A stretch of DNA of 64,000 nt from Rhizodiscina lignyota (GCA_010015805.1 ML978129.1:1116001-1180000), one strand, 5' to 3'. Counted from the stretch's first letter, positions 24,484 through 35,141 are shown. Numbers and translations: made by a program. Notes: generated from the sequence alone by a model not told the origin.

Positions 24484-25305
24484 TTACTTCCGACACAAAA
24501 TCAGTCCATCTAAGACGCCCATCCACGAATCCTGCCTCATTGCCCATTCCTTCCAAGCGGTTCTCATCAGATCATACTCCTCTTCCGTCGCACAGCCTGC
24601 CTCGAACGCCGCCTTCGGTATCCCCTCTTCAGAACTCTCCGCCCAGATTCGCACCTCCTTCCTCGTCGTCACCGCCCAGTTCGTGGCCGTATGTTCAATC
24701 TTCTCCAAGTCAAACCCAGCCTCGTGCGCCCAAACATGTGTTCGCTTCCCGCCCCAGGAATTTGTACCAGTGGCATCCGCCAACTTTTCGTACATATTGT
24801 ACACTAATTTCAAATCATCTGAGAAAGGATAGAGGAACAGCGACGCCATGTCCCTGCTCGCCAGTACACCACCAGGCTTAAGGACTCGCCGCATCTCCCG
24901 TAGTGCTTTGACCGGATCGGTCACATGGAGCAGGACTTGGTGCGCGTGGACTGCGTCGAACGATTCATCTTCAAGCTCATGGAGATCCATCGCGTTCATC
25001 TTTCTCACTTCCATGTTTGAAATGCTCCCTGCACTTCTAGCCTCTTCAGCATATTTGACCATGCTGTCCGACGCATCGATTCCCAACACGGAACCCTTGG
25101 GCACAAGGTTCGCAAAGTCGATAGTTATTGAACCATAGCCACAGCCGACATCTAGGATACGCATATTAGGTTTGATGTGTGGGACCAGATGTGCAGCATG
25201 AACTGCCGCCGACCTGGTATCGAAGAAGCCCTTCATGTTGTCGGACATCTGTGTTTTTTGAGGACCCTCGGGCTGGGGCTCTGTTTGCTGGGTTTTAATT
25301 GCCAT
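24484..25305 (-). CDS. Class I SAM-dependent methyltransferase (UbiE/Methyltransf_31-like)
   Basis: ILDVGCGYGSIT, VLGIDAS, SFDAVHAHQVLLH, MRRVLKPGG; single exon. Confidence 0.9.
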   Translation of the reverse strand: MAIKTQQTEPQPEGPQKTQMSDNMKGFFDTRSAAVHAAHLVPHIKPNMRILDVGCGYGSITIDFANLVPKGSVLGIDASDSMVKYAEEARSAGSISNMEVRKMNAMDLHELEDESFDAVHAHQVLLHVTDPVKALREMRRVLKPGGVLASRDMASLFLYPFSDDLKLVYNMYEKLADATGTNSWGGKRTHVWAHEAGFDLEKIEHTATNWAVTTRKEVRIWAESSEEGIPKAAFEAGCATEEEYDLMRTAWKEWAMRQDSWMGVLDGLILCRK

Positions 25306-25917
25306 AGTGGGTATTATGGAACGGGCGATTAACGAAGAGAGGCGTGACAGAGGCTACTTGAAATGGAAGAGGTTGGAAAACTGCGAAAAGCCTCCTGGTT
25401 TGGTGAACCGACTGTGAGGTAGGAAGTGAAAGAGACCATTTAACCGACTGTAAATACTAGGAAATTTGGCATATATAATATATTGCTAACCTACAAATCT
25501 GCTGCGCTGTTCGCGAGGATTTTCCGTCTTTGAGCGATGCTCGAATGCTCCGAGACCAAGCTCGGTGCTTACATGTACGGTAGCAGTAAGACGGCCACAT
25601 ATATGGCCATTTGACCTTGCATCGTGGCAATTTTCCGATTGGATAGTTCGTTTGAATAGTGAGGTCTAGTCCAATGTTTGTAAAACGCGAGTATCTGATT
25701 TTTGCTTCGGAATGAATGGTAGTTCACAGAGGTTTAGCAGTACAGTATTCCGTGAATGGATAGTTTGCATCACAAAAGGCACAAAATCCCGAGTCCAATA
25801 TTCCCTCGAACACCTTATCGTGATGTTCGCCTTCAAAGCACAAGCAGATACATTCCTCAATACATATCATATGACAGGCGCGAGTTTGATTCTTCTTTGG
25901 GCGCAGAAGTGAACGTC

Positions 25918-26760
25918 TCATCTCCAAAACCACCCACTTGAGCCCTTGGCGGTTTCTGCTATTGGAGCGGCATTGTTCTCTGCTGTAACCAGAACAGGCT
26001 TCGCGGCTGTCGGCTGCAGAGCCGAATACTGTTCCTTCCTCCTCGTCGTAGTCATCGCTTTAGCGTCATTCCACCTGTCTTCCATCTTCTGCCTCACCCC
26101 GTCTCTATTCCAGCCCTGCTTATCACCCATCATATGCTCGAAACGTGGCTTAAACCACCATATAACCCCGATAAAGACGCCAGCGAGGACGACGTTCGCT
26201 GCGAGCGACTCGCGGCCCTCGAATCTGTCAATCTTCTCCAGAAGCTCTTTCCGTTCGTTCTTCCATGCTTTCCGATTCGTGTCTTGTTTGTGTTCCAATA
26301 GTCTGAGCGATTCGCGTAGTGTGTCCCGTTCAGCTGCGTGAGAGGCCATGAGCGCACGGCCGACATCGAGCGCAGCCGCATCGGTGGAAGATGTCCCAGA
26401 CGGGGAACTAGAGGGTTTCGAGAAGTTGCTACTCAATTGATTGTTGGCTAATACACTAGGTATGACTTTCGGAATCGCATCGTTCTTCACTTGAGCTTGC
26501 TGCTGCTCTACAGTATAAGGCTTGCGTGTATCTGGGGGAGGAGGAGGCTTTCGCTTGAAAGGGTCGACTTCGCTCGACCGAAGAAGCTCGAGGTTCGGCG
26601 AATGGTCTACCCGTGATAGGCCGGAGGCTTTATTGAAATGCTGCGTCTCCCTAGAGTTTGCGAGAGCTTGAAGAGCGAAGAGGGGACTCAAGGCTCTGGA
26701 AGGGGGACTGGGGTGGAAGTGTCTACATTGTGGTTTCATTATACGGTTAATAGAAGGCAT
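25918..26760 (-). CDS. Hypothetical protein, probably mitochondrial single-pass membrane protein with coiled coil
   Basis: Arg-rich, acid-free N-terminus (CRHFHPSPPSRA), charged helical stretch, TM LAANVVLAGVFIGVIWWF. Confidence 0.7.
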   Translation of the reverse strand: MPSINRIMKPQCRHFHPSPPSRALSPLFALQALANSRETQHFNKASGLSRVDHSPNLELLRSSEVDPFKRKPPPPPDTRKPYTVEQQQAQVKNDAIPKVIPSVLANNQLSSNFSKPSSSPSGTSSTDAAALDVGRALMASHAAERDTLRESLRLLEHKQDTNRKAWKNERKELLEKIDRFEGRESLAANVVLAGVFIGVIWWFKPRFEHMMGDKQGWNRDGVRQKMEDRWNDAKAMTTTRRKEQYSALQPTAAKPVLVTAENNAAPIAETAKGSSGWFWR

Positions 26761-27608
26761 GGTTGCACTATTACAGTTGGAAACGGGTATAAAGGAGAGA
26801 AACTGAAGGAGAATGGAATGGAAGGCACGAAATAGAGGACTCGGAATGGTAATACAGATATCGTTGACGCAGGGCCGGGTATCATCCTACCCCACACGCT
26901 CACGTGCATCGTCTTATCCATCTGGAACCTTGAAACTTGTAAGCATTCATTTTTGAAACTTAGGGCCCTAAGAGTTTTCGTAACGTCGATTGAAATGCCA
27001 TGCTCATGTAGCATGGCGAGAAGTCGATGGATATTGAAACTTGGAAAGGAGGAATAGAATGACGCTTTTCCCGATTCGGATTGTGGCGTTTTGACCCCTT
27101 CCTTGCGAAATGCGAGCATTGCAAATTTGCGACGACTCGTCCTTAGCATCGCTGTCCAATGATGCATTCTATAGCCTCACTGGAAATAGTGCGCAGACTG
27201 CAGGATATCAACGACCAGGCAGTTGATCGACTTTGCGTTTGACTTTTGGCCCCCAAAGCTTAGCTGCAGGCGGCGATTTGTCCCGTGTCGCGGCTCAACT
27301 TCAGGACTCGAGCAGTCCAGTAAGAAACGGAGTTTGTACAGTTTGCTGCGACAGGAATGTGCATGAAAGCATCCATCATGCTATTTAAAAGAGCCGGCAG
27401 CCTAGTCAGAGCATTTGCTCAAGCTCTGACCGCAGCACGAATGGAGGCAGGCCACTCATTGCAAGCGATGTGGTTGAAGTGGCATCCACTCGCAGCCCAT
27501 TGATAAAGCAGCAGCCTTCCGACGGGAGTTGACCTTTCTTCGCGCTAGCTGACATTTACGAAGCAGGCGACTCAAGGGTATACTCCCTCCGAAAAAAATT
27601 TGAAAAAA

Positions 27609-29153
27609 ATGGGGAACGCAGTCTCCATTGCGAAGCATCCGTATGAGGAGATCGAGCTCGGCGACAAAAGTCTCCCCCAATTTGACAAGGCGTCTGGGAC
27701 GAGGACTGCTTGCATCATCGGACTCGTCTTCAGTGCTTGTGTTGGTATCGCATGTATCGTCGTAGGAGCTGTGGTCGCGAAAGGCAGCGACCGTCTCATA
27801 CATATTACTCCCGTCGCGCACGTGTTGATTCCGTTCCTCATCAACTTTGGCTTCGTCCTACCTGTCACAGAGAGCCTGAGTTACGTCCATATGGTCTGCC
27901 TACGATGGAATCTCCTGCATGAGAGCCGCCTGGAGTTCAACGCCAATCTTCGGCTTCTGACGTTTTCGAAGACGAACCCTGCAAACGGATTGCTGGCCAA
28001 TATACTGTTCTCCCTGGCAATCGCATTCTGTTATGCAGCCTCGTCAATGATATTCGTCCAAAATACGTACGAGTTCCATAAGACCGCCGGTAGTACCAAA
28101 TTCTACGAAGCGTCCAGCGTCACAAGCTTTACAAAAGTGCCGCCGATTGCCCTTGGCGTTGCCATATTGGTCCTATGTGTTTTGTCAACTTGGAGTTTAT
28201 TAACTTCGAAAATACTCACATGGAGCTCCAATCCCCTCAATACACTGGCAGCGGCAATATCAAAGGGTGCAATAATCCACAGAGACGGCCGTGCTATGAT
28301 GTCTGTACACCACCGGAAACAAACATCTGCACCAGTGCGTCCTTCCCCTCTTCAGCGGCCGCCGATTGCTGCCAACTCCATGGTTCCGAAGATTCTCTTT
28401 GGTACAATCGGGGTGCTATTTGCCTTGATTGCCTGGATGGGCATTATGATTGGCGTCGGGTATCACAATAAAAACGGGATGAGCTGGAATATCATTCCCA
28501 CGGCTACCATCAATGGAGCTAATTCGCTGGATAATCTTGCGAACCAGACCATGACAGTCTATCTCCAATGGTTTACCACAGAGAACCCTGGAATCGGCCC
28601 GAACATCATCCATGAGCCAATGATGGCTGGCGTCCTTGTTTTCACAGTAGCCATTCAATCCATCCTCACCATTGGCTTACACACTGCTGAGCTCCAAATC
28701 ACCCTACTTCGCGACGAAGATGTCTGGCGAGAAATGACGTCCAAAGGCGGTTCGGTTCGCTTGGACAAGTACAACTCTTACTTCCAGCCACTTCTTTCCT
28801 GGCAGAACGTTGTGCTACTGATATTCAAACCTGCAATACACTGGATGTTCGGATCAGCAATGGGCGTGGACTATGCAGCTGGTATTTTGATGAGAGTGCC
28901 GCACGTTACCTACCTCGCGATTCTCTGGGTCCTGTTCCTGTTGTTTATGCTTCAAGTCAGTTACACCAAGCCGAAGGGGCCTCTGCCTGCTAGCTACGGT
29001 CATTTGCAGACCATGGCGAATATCATTGACGAATGGGCCCCGAGGATGTACTGGGGCGACAAAGGAGAGTTGCCAGAATCAGGGGAACTGAGACATGCGG
29101 GAACAAAGAACACGCCGCTTCCAATGGTCGAAAGGGATTCTTTATATCAATAG
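27609..29153 (+). CDS. Multi-pass membrane protein of unknown function (about 8 TM)
   Basis: Uninterrupted 514-aa ORF from ATG 27609 with many hydrophobic segments; motifs LEFNANLRL, TWSSNPLNT, PKGPLPASYGHLQTMANIIDEW..YWGDKG..HAGT resemble a fungal uncharacterised family (from recall). Confidence 0.8.
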   Translation: MGNAVSIAKHPYEEIELGDKSLPQFDKASGTRTACIIGLVFSACVGIACIVVGAVVAKGSDRLIHITPVAHVLIPFLINFGFVLPVTESLSYVHMVCLRWNLLHESRLEFNANLRLLTFSKTNPANGLLANILFSLAIAFCYAASSMIFVQNTYEFHKTAGSTKFYEASSVTSFTKVPPIALGVAILVLCVLSTWSLLTSKILTWSSNPLNTLAAAISKGAIIHRDGRAMMSVHHRKQTSAPVRPSPLQRPPIAANSMVPKILFGTIGVLFALIAWMGIMIGVGYHNKNGMSWNIIPTATINGANSLDNLANQTMTVYLQWFTTENPGIGPNIIHEPMMAGVLVFTVAIQSILTIGLHTAELQITLLRDEDVWREMTSKGGSVRLDKYNSYFQPLLSWQNVVLLIFKPAIHWMFGSAMGVDYAAGILMRVPHVTYLAILWVLFLLFMLQVSYTKPKGPLPASYGHLQTMANIIDEWAPRMYWGDKGELPESGELRHAGTKNTPLPMVERDSLYQ

Positions 29154-29252
29154 AAACCTGTATGCTTTCCTCAAAATATTCCCAAACGCCTCGATAAGGA
29201 CCCGCAGCATCAGATGCCGCCTCTACCCCATCTCATGCTTCTTCTTTGAACT

Positions 29253-30325
29253 TCACCACAGCCCACCAATGCTGCCTCGACGCCTCGGTCTGTATCCACC
29301 ACCCGTAGGCATACCAGGCGGTCCGCCGAACGTCTCGCTCTCCGGTGCAGGCTCATTATGGGAAGGTGGTTGATTTCCATAACGTTCGACTTGCATGCCG
29401 AGACCTCTCCCTCGGGGATCTGGGTACCTCATCAAATCGGTACCGTGTCCAACACCACCGCGCCCCAATGGAGGAAATGGAGTCCTCATGACCATTTGAC
29501 CCATTCCTCCTCTACCGGACCCATTACCAACACGCTCCGATTGGGAAGAGGGAGCCCTCATAGCCATTTGGCCCATTCCTTCCATATCGGAGCCACCACC
29601 AACACGTTCGGGAGGGGGGAAGGGGTTTCTCATGACCATCTGGCCCATTCCTCCTGTGGCGCCATTTGCATGACTTTCTGGTGGTCGTTCCATGAGAGCT
29701 TGACCTGGAATGTAGGGTCTTCTGGGGTGGTTGATTCCGCCCAACCCCTCATGTTGGCCGTGAGCTGTTGGGGTCTGACCACTCATGGCTTGTATGCGGG
29801 CAATGTCCGATGCAGTTCCCCACAGCCGCTGATCATGAATTGCTCGGTCAACGTCTCTGATCATATGATGATCGCAATGAGCGACAATCCAGGCTGCTAG
29901 CTGTGGATCACGGCATTGAACTAATTCCACCGCTTCTCTTGGATCCGCCATATCAACATGGAACTGAGACCTGCTCACTCTCAGGTATATTCTCTGAGCG
30001 TAGAGATGAAGACCGTGTTTCGTGACGCAAACCTCGGCGGGATCGGCATGCCCGGAGCAGCCAAGTGGGTTTCCACAGTAGTGAGGTCTTGTTGGATCGT
30101 GCGAGGACATCTATGTGCGAGGTCAGTAAGTATTAGCTATACACAACATCATGGACTTGTACTGACAATGGCATAACAGGCATTGCAATAGCCTTGTGCA
30201 CGAAGATGTGCACACTCGGCTCTTCCGAATTCGTGTTCGTTTATTTGGAGTTCTCTGCCAGGCTGTGCTGGGTCGGCTATGACGTACATCGCCGGCTCCG
30301 CATAATGATTCCTATAACGATTCAT
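29253..30325 (-). CDS. Cys/His-domain protein A with Gly/Met-rich repeat tail, 2 exons
   Basis: Exons 30325-30167 and 30110-29253; phase-0 intron GTCAGT..CTGAC..TAG (56 nt); TATATAA about 80 bp upstream; three ~24-aa GMGQMxMRxP repeats. Confidence 0.75.
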
Positions 30326-30535
30326 GGCTGGTGTCGTCAAGCGGCAGGTCACGAACGTTGATAAGTTGATTGAGGAAGGAAGCTCTCTGTGAGAAGTGGT
30401 GGTTTATATACCCACAGAAAGGCGCTAGTATAGCGAACACCTCTGACACACAAAGCAGTGTTGCAGCTCAAGCAAACGATGTAGTTGACGGAAGTGTCGA
30501 AGTCACGGCTCAAGCTTTAAAGAGAATAGAAACAA

Positions 30536-30588
30536 AGGTACGACAGGTACGACAGGTACGACAGGTACGACAGGTACGACAGGTACGA
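30536..30588 (+). repeat. Perfect 9-bp tandem repeat (AGGTACGAC) x5.9
   Basis: Read directly from the sequence; intergenic between the two Cys/His-domain paralogs. Confidence 0.97.
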
Positions 30589-30910
30589 TGGCATGGCTTT
30601 TACACGTCCCATGACGACCTTTCTCTTATGCTCTTCACCGGCGCTTGCCTCCCTTCATCATTAGCGCATGATATCTGCCACTTTGAATAGCCGCCTGACA
30701 TATGGCAGGCGGCGCACTTTCGTGCACTACACACTTACGGTCATCAATGCGACAGACTGACGTATATTGGTTCATTAGCCTACTATCACAAGCAAGACAG
30801 CCTGGGAATGAGGCTACAAGATCTCTCAACGACAGGTCCAATGCTGCCGGACTCTGCATCCGTCGTGAAATGATATGCTGGAAACAGCCGCCCAATGACA
30901 ATCATGGCCA

Positions 30911-31549
30911 CTATCTGGCCCATAAGGGCCCATTCCCCGAGTTCTTTTCGTCATATCGGCCTCCGCGACCTCTGCAAGCGCCACGTTGATTCCTCTGCTG
31001 TCTACCCCTGTGAGGGCCGGCGGGAAATACATCCAGTAGTCCTCCACGCCCAGGCGGTGGAAAAGTCAGTCGACCCCCAAAGACATTCAAGCCGCGAGCC
31101 GCGTTTGCTACCATCACAGAATTGACCTGGTTATGCATCGCTGTATCCACATTCTGAGCGACGTACTCGGCTTCCTTCGGATCCGAAATCTCCATCACCC
31201 AAGAGAGACGCGTGTGTCCTACGATGAGGGACCTTTGCAAGGCTCTGTCGCATACGAGAGAAAGTCTTTTTGAGCTGATGCAAACTCCGTGCTGATGTAC
31301 GTGACCGATGCATCCCCAAGGATTCCCACAGTTGTAAAGTCCACCTCGGGCTTCTGGAACAGGCTACGCGGAGCTTAAGCTGTGTCGATCTTACACTGGC
31401 TGAAGAATCGGACTTACCAGTTGGAAGCAGAGATCGCAAACTCCATATTGCCCCAGATGAACACAGCGAAAGAGCTCTAGGATCTCTTCCCTGGGTACGT
31501 GGACCGTTCCACCCGTAGATCTGGAGATTATCGTGAACACGTCCGCCAT
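30911..31549 (-). CDS. Cys/His-domain protein B with Gly/Arg-rich tail, 2 exons; paralog of 29253-30325
   Basis: Exons 31549-31418 and 31363-30911; phase-0 intron GTAAGT..TAG (54 nt) at the same position as in paralog A; TATAAAT about 90 bp upstream. Confidence 0.75.
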
Positions 31550-32145
31550 CGTCTGCCGATGTGCGTCGATATCTCGCTTTTGAGCTAGGCGATGCTGAAA
31601 AGGTGGGAGCATGAGTTCTGCTCCAGTTCTCGACGCAATTTATATGTGAAAGCAAATGCCCGACAAGAGCGTTGATGCCCAGGCGCTTACTTGTGAGACC
31701 TTGAAAGGCTCACGCGATCTATCACTGTGGAGCGTTACGGAACAATAATCTTGAACTCCCCCTTCTCTCGCCGTTCCAGAACTCCGTGCGACAGATGCAG
31801 CAAGCCACAATCGCGAGCTCCGATCTGCAAAGCCATATACCGAATATACGGAAGTCGGCTCTTAACCTCTATGGGTCTTTATCTTTCAGGACATGCTCAG
31901 GAGAAATATGCCTGTTTTGTAGTAGCACTTTAAATCGCTCGCTTTGCAAAATATCAGTTGTGAGTTTTATATTCGTTGCCCTACTCCGTACTTAGTGTAT
32001 GAAAATCATATCTTGAGAATCACCCTTGTGCTTGATCCCCCGGAGTGAAGTGAGAGGAGCCATGACCCAAACGTCGTATCCAGATGCTGACCAGGGAAAC
32101 GCCCAGGTTTCCTAATAGGTCAGAGTATGCTTAAATCCTCGCGCA

Positions 32146-32958
32146 TTAGAACACCATCAGCCAACTCATTTCCTCAGGGTCTATTCCAGCAGCCATCAAT
32201 GCCTGCGCCATCCTGTTTCTTACCATGTCTTCCGTCATGGGCTGACCTTGGCACATCATCTCGACCCTCTGAATGATCTCTTCCGCCCTGGCAATGAGCT
32301 CCGCCCCTCTTGTCCGATTCTGTTCCGCGATCCTACGACGCTCACGCGCAGTTTCCAGTTCCTGTTCACGTGCCCCCATCCCCATGTCGCGATGACCATA
32401 TCCCGAGCCAGGCCGGCCGCCCAAGCCCATCGACGGCCTGCCGAATGGATCGTCCATGCCCATCGTGTTGCGTGGCATGCCGCCCATGTCCATACCACCC
32501 ATTGGACCACCACGTCCGCCGCGCCCCTGGCCCTGGCCTTGGCCTCGACCTCCCATTCCCCTTGGCCCGGCTCCCATACCTCCACGAGCCATCGGGTCTC
32601 CGTAAGGATCCATACCGGCCATGCCATGCTCAGCACGAGAATCCATGCCCGGCATGCCGGACATACCACGAGGATCGTGACCCATTGCCATGCCGCCGAA
32701 CGGGTCACCGCCCATCCCACCGCCCATCCCACCACCCATTCCACCACGGCCTCGTCCGGCCATCCCGCCCCGGCCTCGCATTCCGGGATGCCCCGTATTC
32801 GGAGGGCGGAAAGGACCACCTGGCTGTTGTCCGGACATTCGAGGATCGAAATCCTCTTCCATGTATGGGCCCTCTTGCTCCTCGGGTGAGACTATGCCCA
32901 CGCCGGGGATGTAGATCTCACCGGTACGTCGATTCCGCAGTGGGCGATCTCCGAACAT
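32146..32958 (-). CDS. Gly/Met/Arg/Pro low-complexity protein with RGG motifs and a C-terminal helical region
   Basis: 270-aa ATG-initiated ORF; GMRGRGGMAGRGRGGMGGGMGGG.., DPRGM units; charged helical tail REQELETARERRRIAEQ; TATAAG near 33180 on the minus strand. Confidence 0.75.
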   Translation of the reverse strand: MFGDRPLRNRRTGEIYIPGVGIVSPEEQEGPYMEEDFDPRMSGQQPGGPFRPPNTGHPGMRGRGGMAGRGRGGMGGGMGGGMGGDPFGGMAMGHDPRGMSGMPGMDSRAEHGMAGMDPYGDPMARGGMGAGPRGMGGRGQGQGQGRGGRGGPMGGMDMGGMPRNTMGMDDPFGRPSMGLGGRPGSGYGHRDMGMGAREQELETARERRRIAEQNRTRGAELIARAEEIIQRVEMMCQGQPMTEDMVRNRMAQALMAAGIDPEEMSWLMVF

Positions 32959-34099
32959 GCTGACTGATACGATGAATGATTTGGGTATCGAACTTGGTTG
33001 TTAAATGACTTGAGGCGGACCGTCAACCTTTAGACAGGAAACCAGAGACTTGCAGCTTGAGTGTGAATAGTGAAGCTTGTGTTTGAAAAGACGGAGTGTC
33101 CTGAGGGCGCAATTTTTGGTGATGTTGTAGTAGAAGAGGAGGAAAAGGCAGAGCGAGGAGAGCAAGGGCGAAGTACTTATAGAGGAGCCGACGTTCCTGG
33201 CGAGTGAATTCGGCAGGGTGTTGGAACCTGAAAGAGGCTAGCTTGCGTCAGGAGGTGTATGATGCTTATACGAAAGTTCTAGCGTCATGGGAGAAGCGCT
33301 GGTACGACACTCAACGCCACTCTTACGTGCTGTGAAGTATTCCGGAGTCGAGGCTATGTGCAACACTCGATACCCGTAGCGCTGGCTTCACTGTCTCGCG
33401 TATACACATGTGACTGTACTCATTAAGGACTTGAGGACCTACCGGTAATGATATACAGAGTTTTCTGGTTTGGCAATAATTACTCGGCGAGCCACTCTGA
33501 CGAGTCCTCGAGGCTCTCCTGCTCATTGCATATGACATATGGAAGACGAAGACGGAGACGGAGATCTAGTGTAATGATTTTGCTACACCTGGGACTTGAC
33601 CGATGCATCAATTGGAATAGGGGTTCCGTATCAGGAAATATAGTTCGTCGTACTGTCGCGAATTTGACAAGAGCGTCGAGTTCCAACTGATATGTGAGGC
33701 ATCTGTGTGGAATGGACCTAAAGGTAAGCAAACATAAAGAGCTTGAAGGTGGGTATTTCACAGGCCATTGACTTCTTCTATATCATATATGCATACTAGC
33801 CCTTTTATTCAATGAGAGTGCCACTCACTGATATTCTCTGATCTCTGGAAAGATGGAGATGAAGTTTAGGCTAGAGTATCTAACTGTATTTGTACTAGCG
33901 CCAACCAACGCCATGCTTCCCGGCGGCAGCAGGCTGGTTCAACTCCCCCTGATCTCATTGTTTGTTAAATCTGTAGCAAATTTCACTCCGTTCATTGTTA
34001 CTAGACCCAAATTGATCCATATGTAAAAGAAAGCTTCTCGAGAAGTCAATTTTGACCTTTTTTCTACTACTAACTCCATTCATGTTTGTCAGAACACTG

Positions 34100-34560
34100 T
34101 CGTCACCCATCACACCAACCTCCACGGCCAAACTTTCCAAATCCCTTGCTGCCACAACCTCTCGTTGTACCTGATGATCCGCTGCAGGGAGCTCGGTCAA
34201 AATTCGTACTGCGGTGGAGGATCGAAGTCATTCTCAAAACCTGTGCCTTACACGGACGACCGTTCGCTCGGCGGAGTCTGTTTCGTGGTTTGTGAATGGA
34301 TAGTTCCCTTAAACACGGCCTCGTTATTAACCCCCCTTCCAGCTGCGCCTGGCTGAGGACCTTGAGGACTTATATGCCGACTATACCCCCGCGATGTGGA
34401 GCAGCCATACCACCTCGACTTGGACCGCCCCTACCACCGCGACCTCTGACAGCAGGGTAACCAGGATCCCGCACGGCCATCGTTCCCATACCGTTAGTCA
34501 GTGAGTTGAGGGCATTTTGTGACGCCGTGCATCGGACCGCAAACCTCGCTGGTTTTGAAA
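34100..34560 (-). pseudogene. Decayed remnant of the Gly/Met/Arg-tail gene family
   Basis: Frame through 34489-34370 reads NGMGTMAVRDPGYPAVRGRGGRGGPSRGGMAAPHRGG.., matching GMGQMAMRAP of gene A and GRGGRGGP of the 32-kb gene; stops and shifts follow. Boundaries approximate. Confidence 0.45.
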
Positions 34561-34658
34561 GGAAAAATCATATGGCGATTGTGTTTGTCGTGAATGCTAG
34601 GAGTATTGTTATAGCTGACTGCTCGGAAGAGAGCTGCTCCAATGGTTTCGAGAAGTAA

Positions 34659-35141
34659 GCAAACTTTTATGGACATAAGACTATTGTCCGAATTCTCCTG
34701 GGAGACATGCGTATCGACGTTAACTGTGCAACTAAATATGCCCCAACACCATTACAGGCCGCCATGTCCGCAGGACATCACCACATTGTCAGACTCCTTC
34801 TTGAGCATCCATCAATCGACGTAAATTATATCGGAACAGATCACATAGGAGCAACGCCCTTGGCCCTTGCCACAATATGCAGGAACACTGACCTTGTACG
34901 CACTCTCATTAGCCAGGATGACGTTCAAATCAATCAGATAAGCGGCTATGAAGAATCGACCGCACTATTTTTTGCTGTCGCAGATGGCCACACAAGCATC
35001 GTTGAAGAACTATTGAGACATCCAAAGATTGAGGTCAATATCAAGGATGGCATAGGACGTACACCCTTGACGATGGCAGCGTCGTGCGGCACTCCTGAGA
35101 TTGTCAACCTTCTACTGCAGCATGACGATGTGACGATTTGA
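34659..35141 (+). pseudogene. Ankyrin-repeat gene fragment (about 4.5 repeats), truncated at both ends
   Basis: TPLQAA..GHHHIVRLLL, TPLALA, TALFFA..GHTSIVEELL, GRTPLTMAA. The ankyrin pattern (ANFYGHKTIVRILL) continues upstream of the ATG to an in-frame TAA, and the ORF stops abruptly at LLLQHDDVTI*. Confidence 0.7.

Noticed and set aside
30370..30690. ORF encoding VRQ repeats
   Set aside because: TTG start; the repeat is simply the translated 9-bp minisatellite.
32010..32060. TGAGA..ACCC..CTTGATC resembles part of a TPP riboswitch aptamer
   Set aside because: Lacks the GAA junction, the P5 GG-TAAT-CC stem-loop and the GCG element; not in a thiamine gene. An Infernal RF00059 scan would settle it.
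32248..32963. Long overlapping ORFs in other frames and on the opposite strand of the Gly/Met-rich gene
   Set aside because: Shadow ORFs caused by GC-rich, low-complexity coding sequence.
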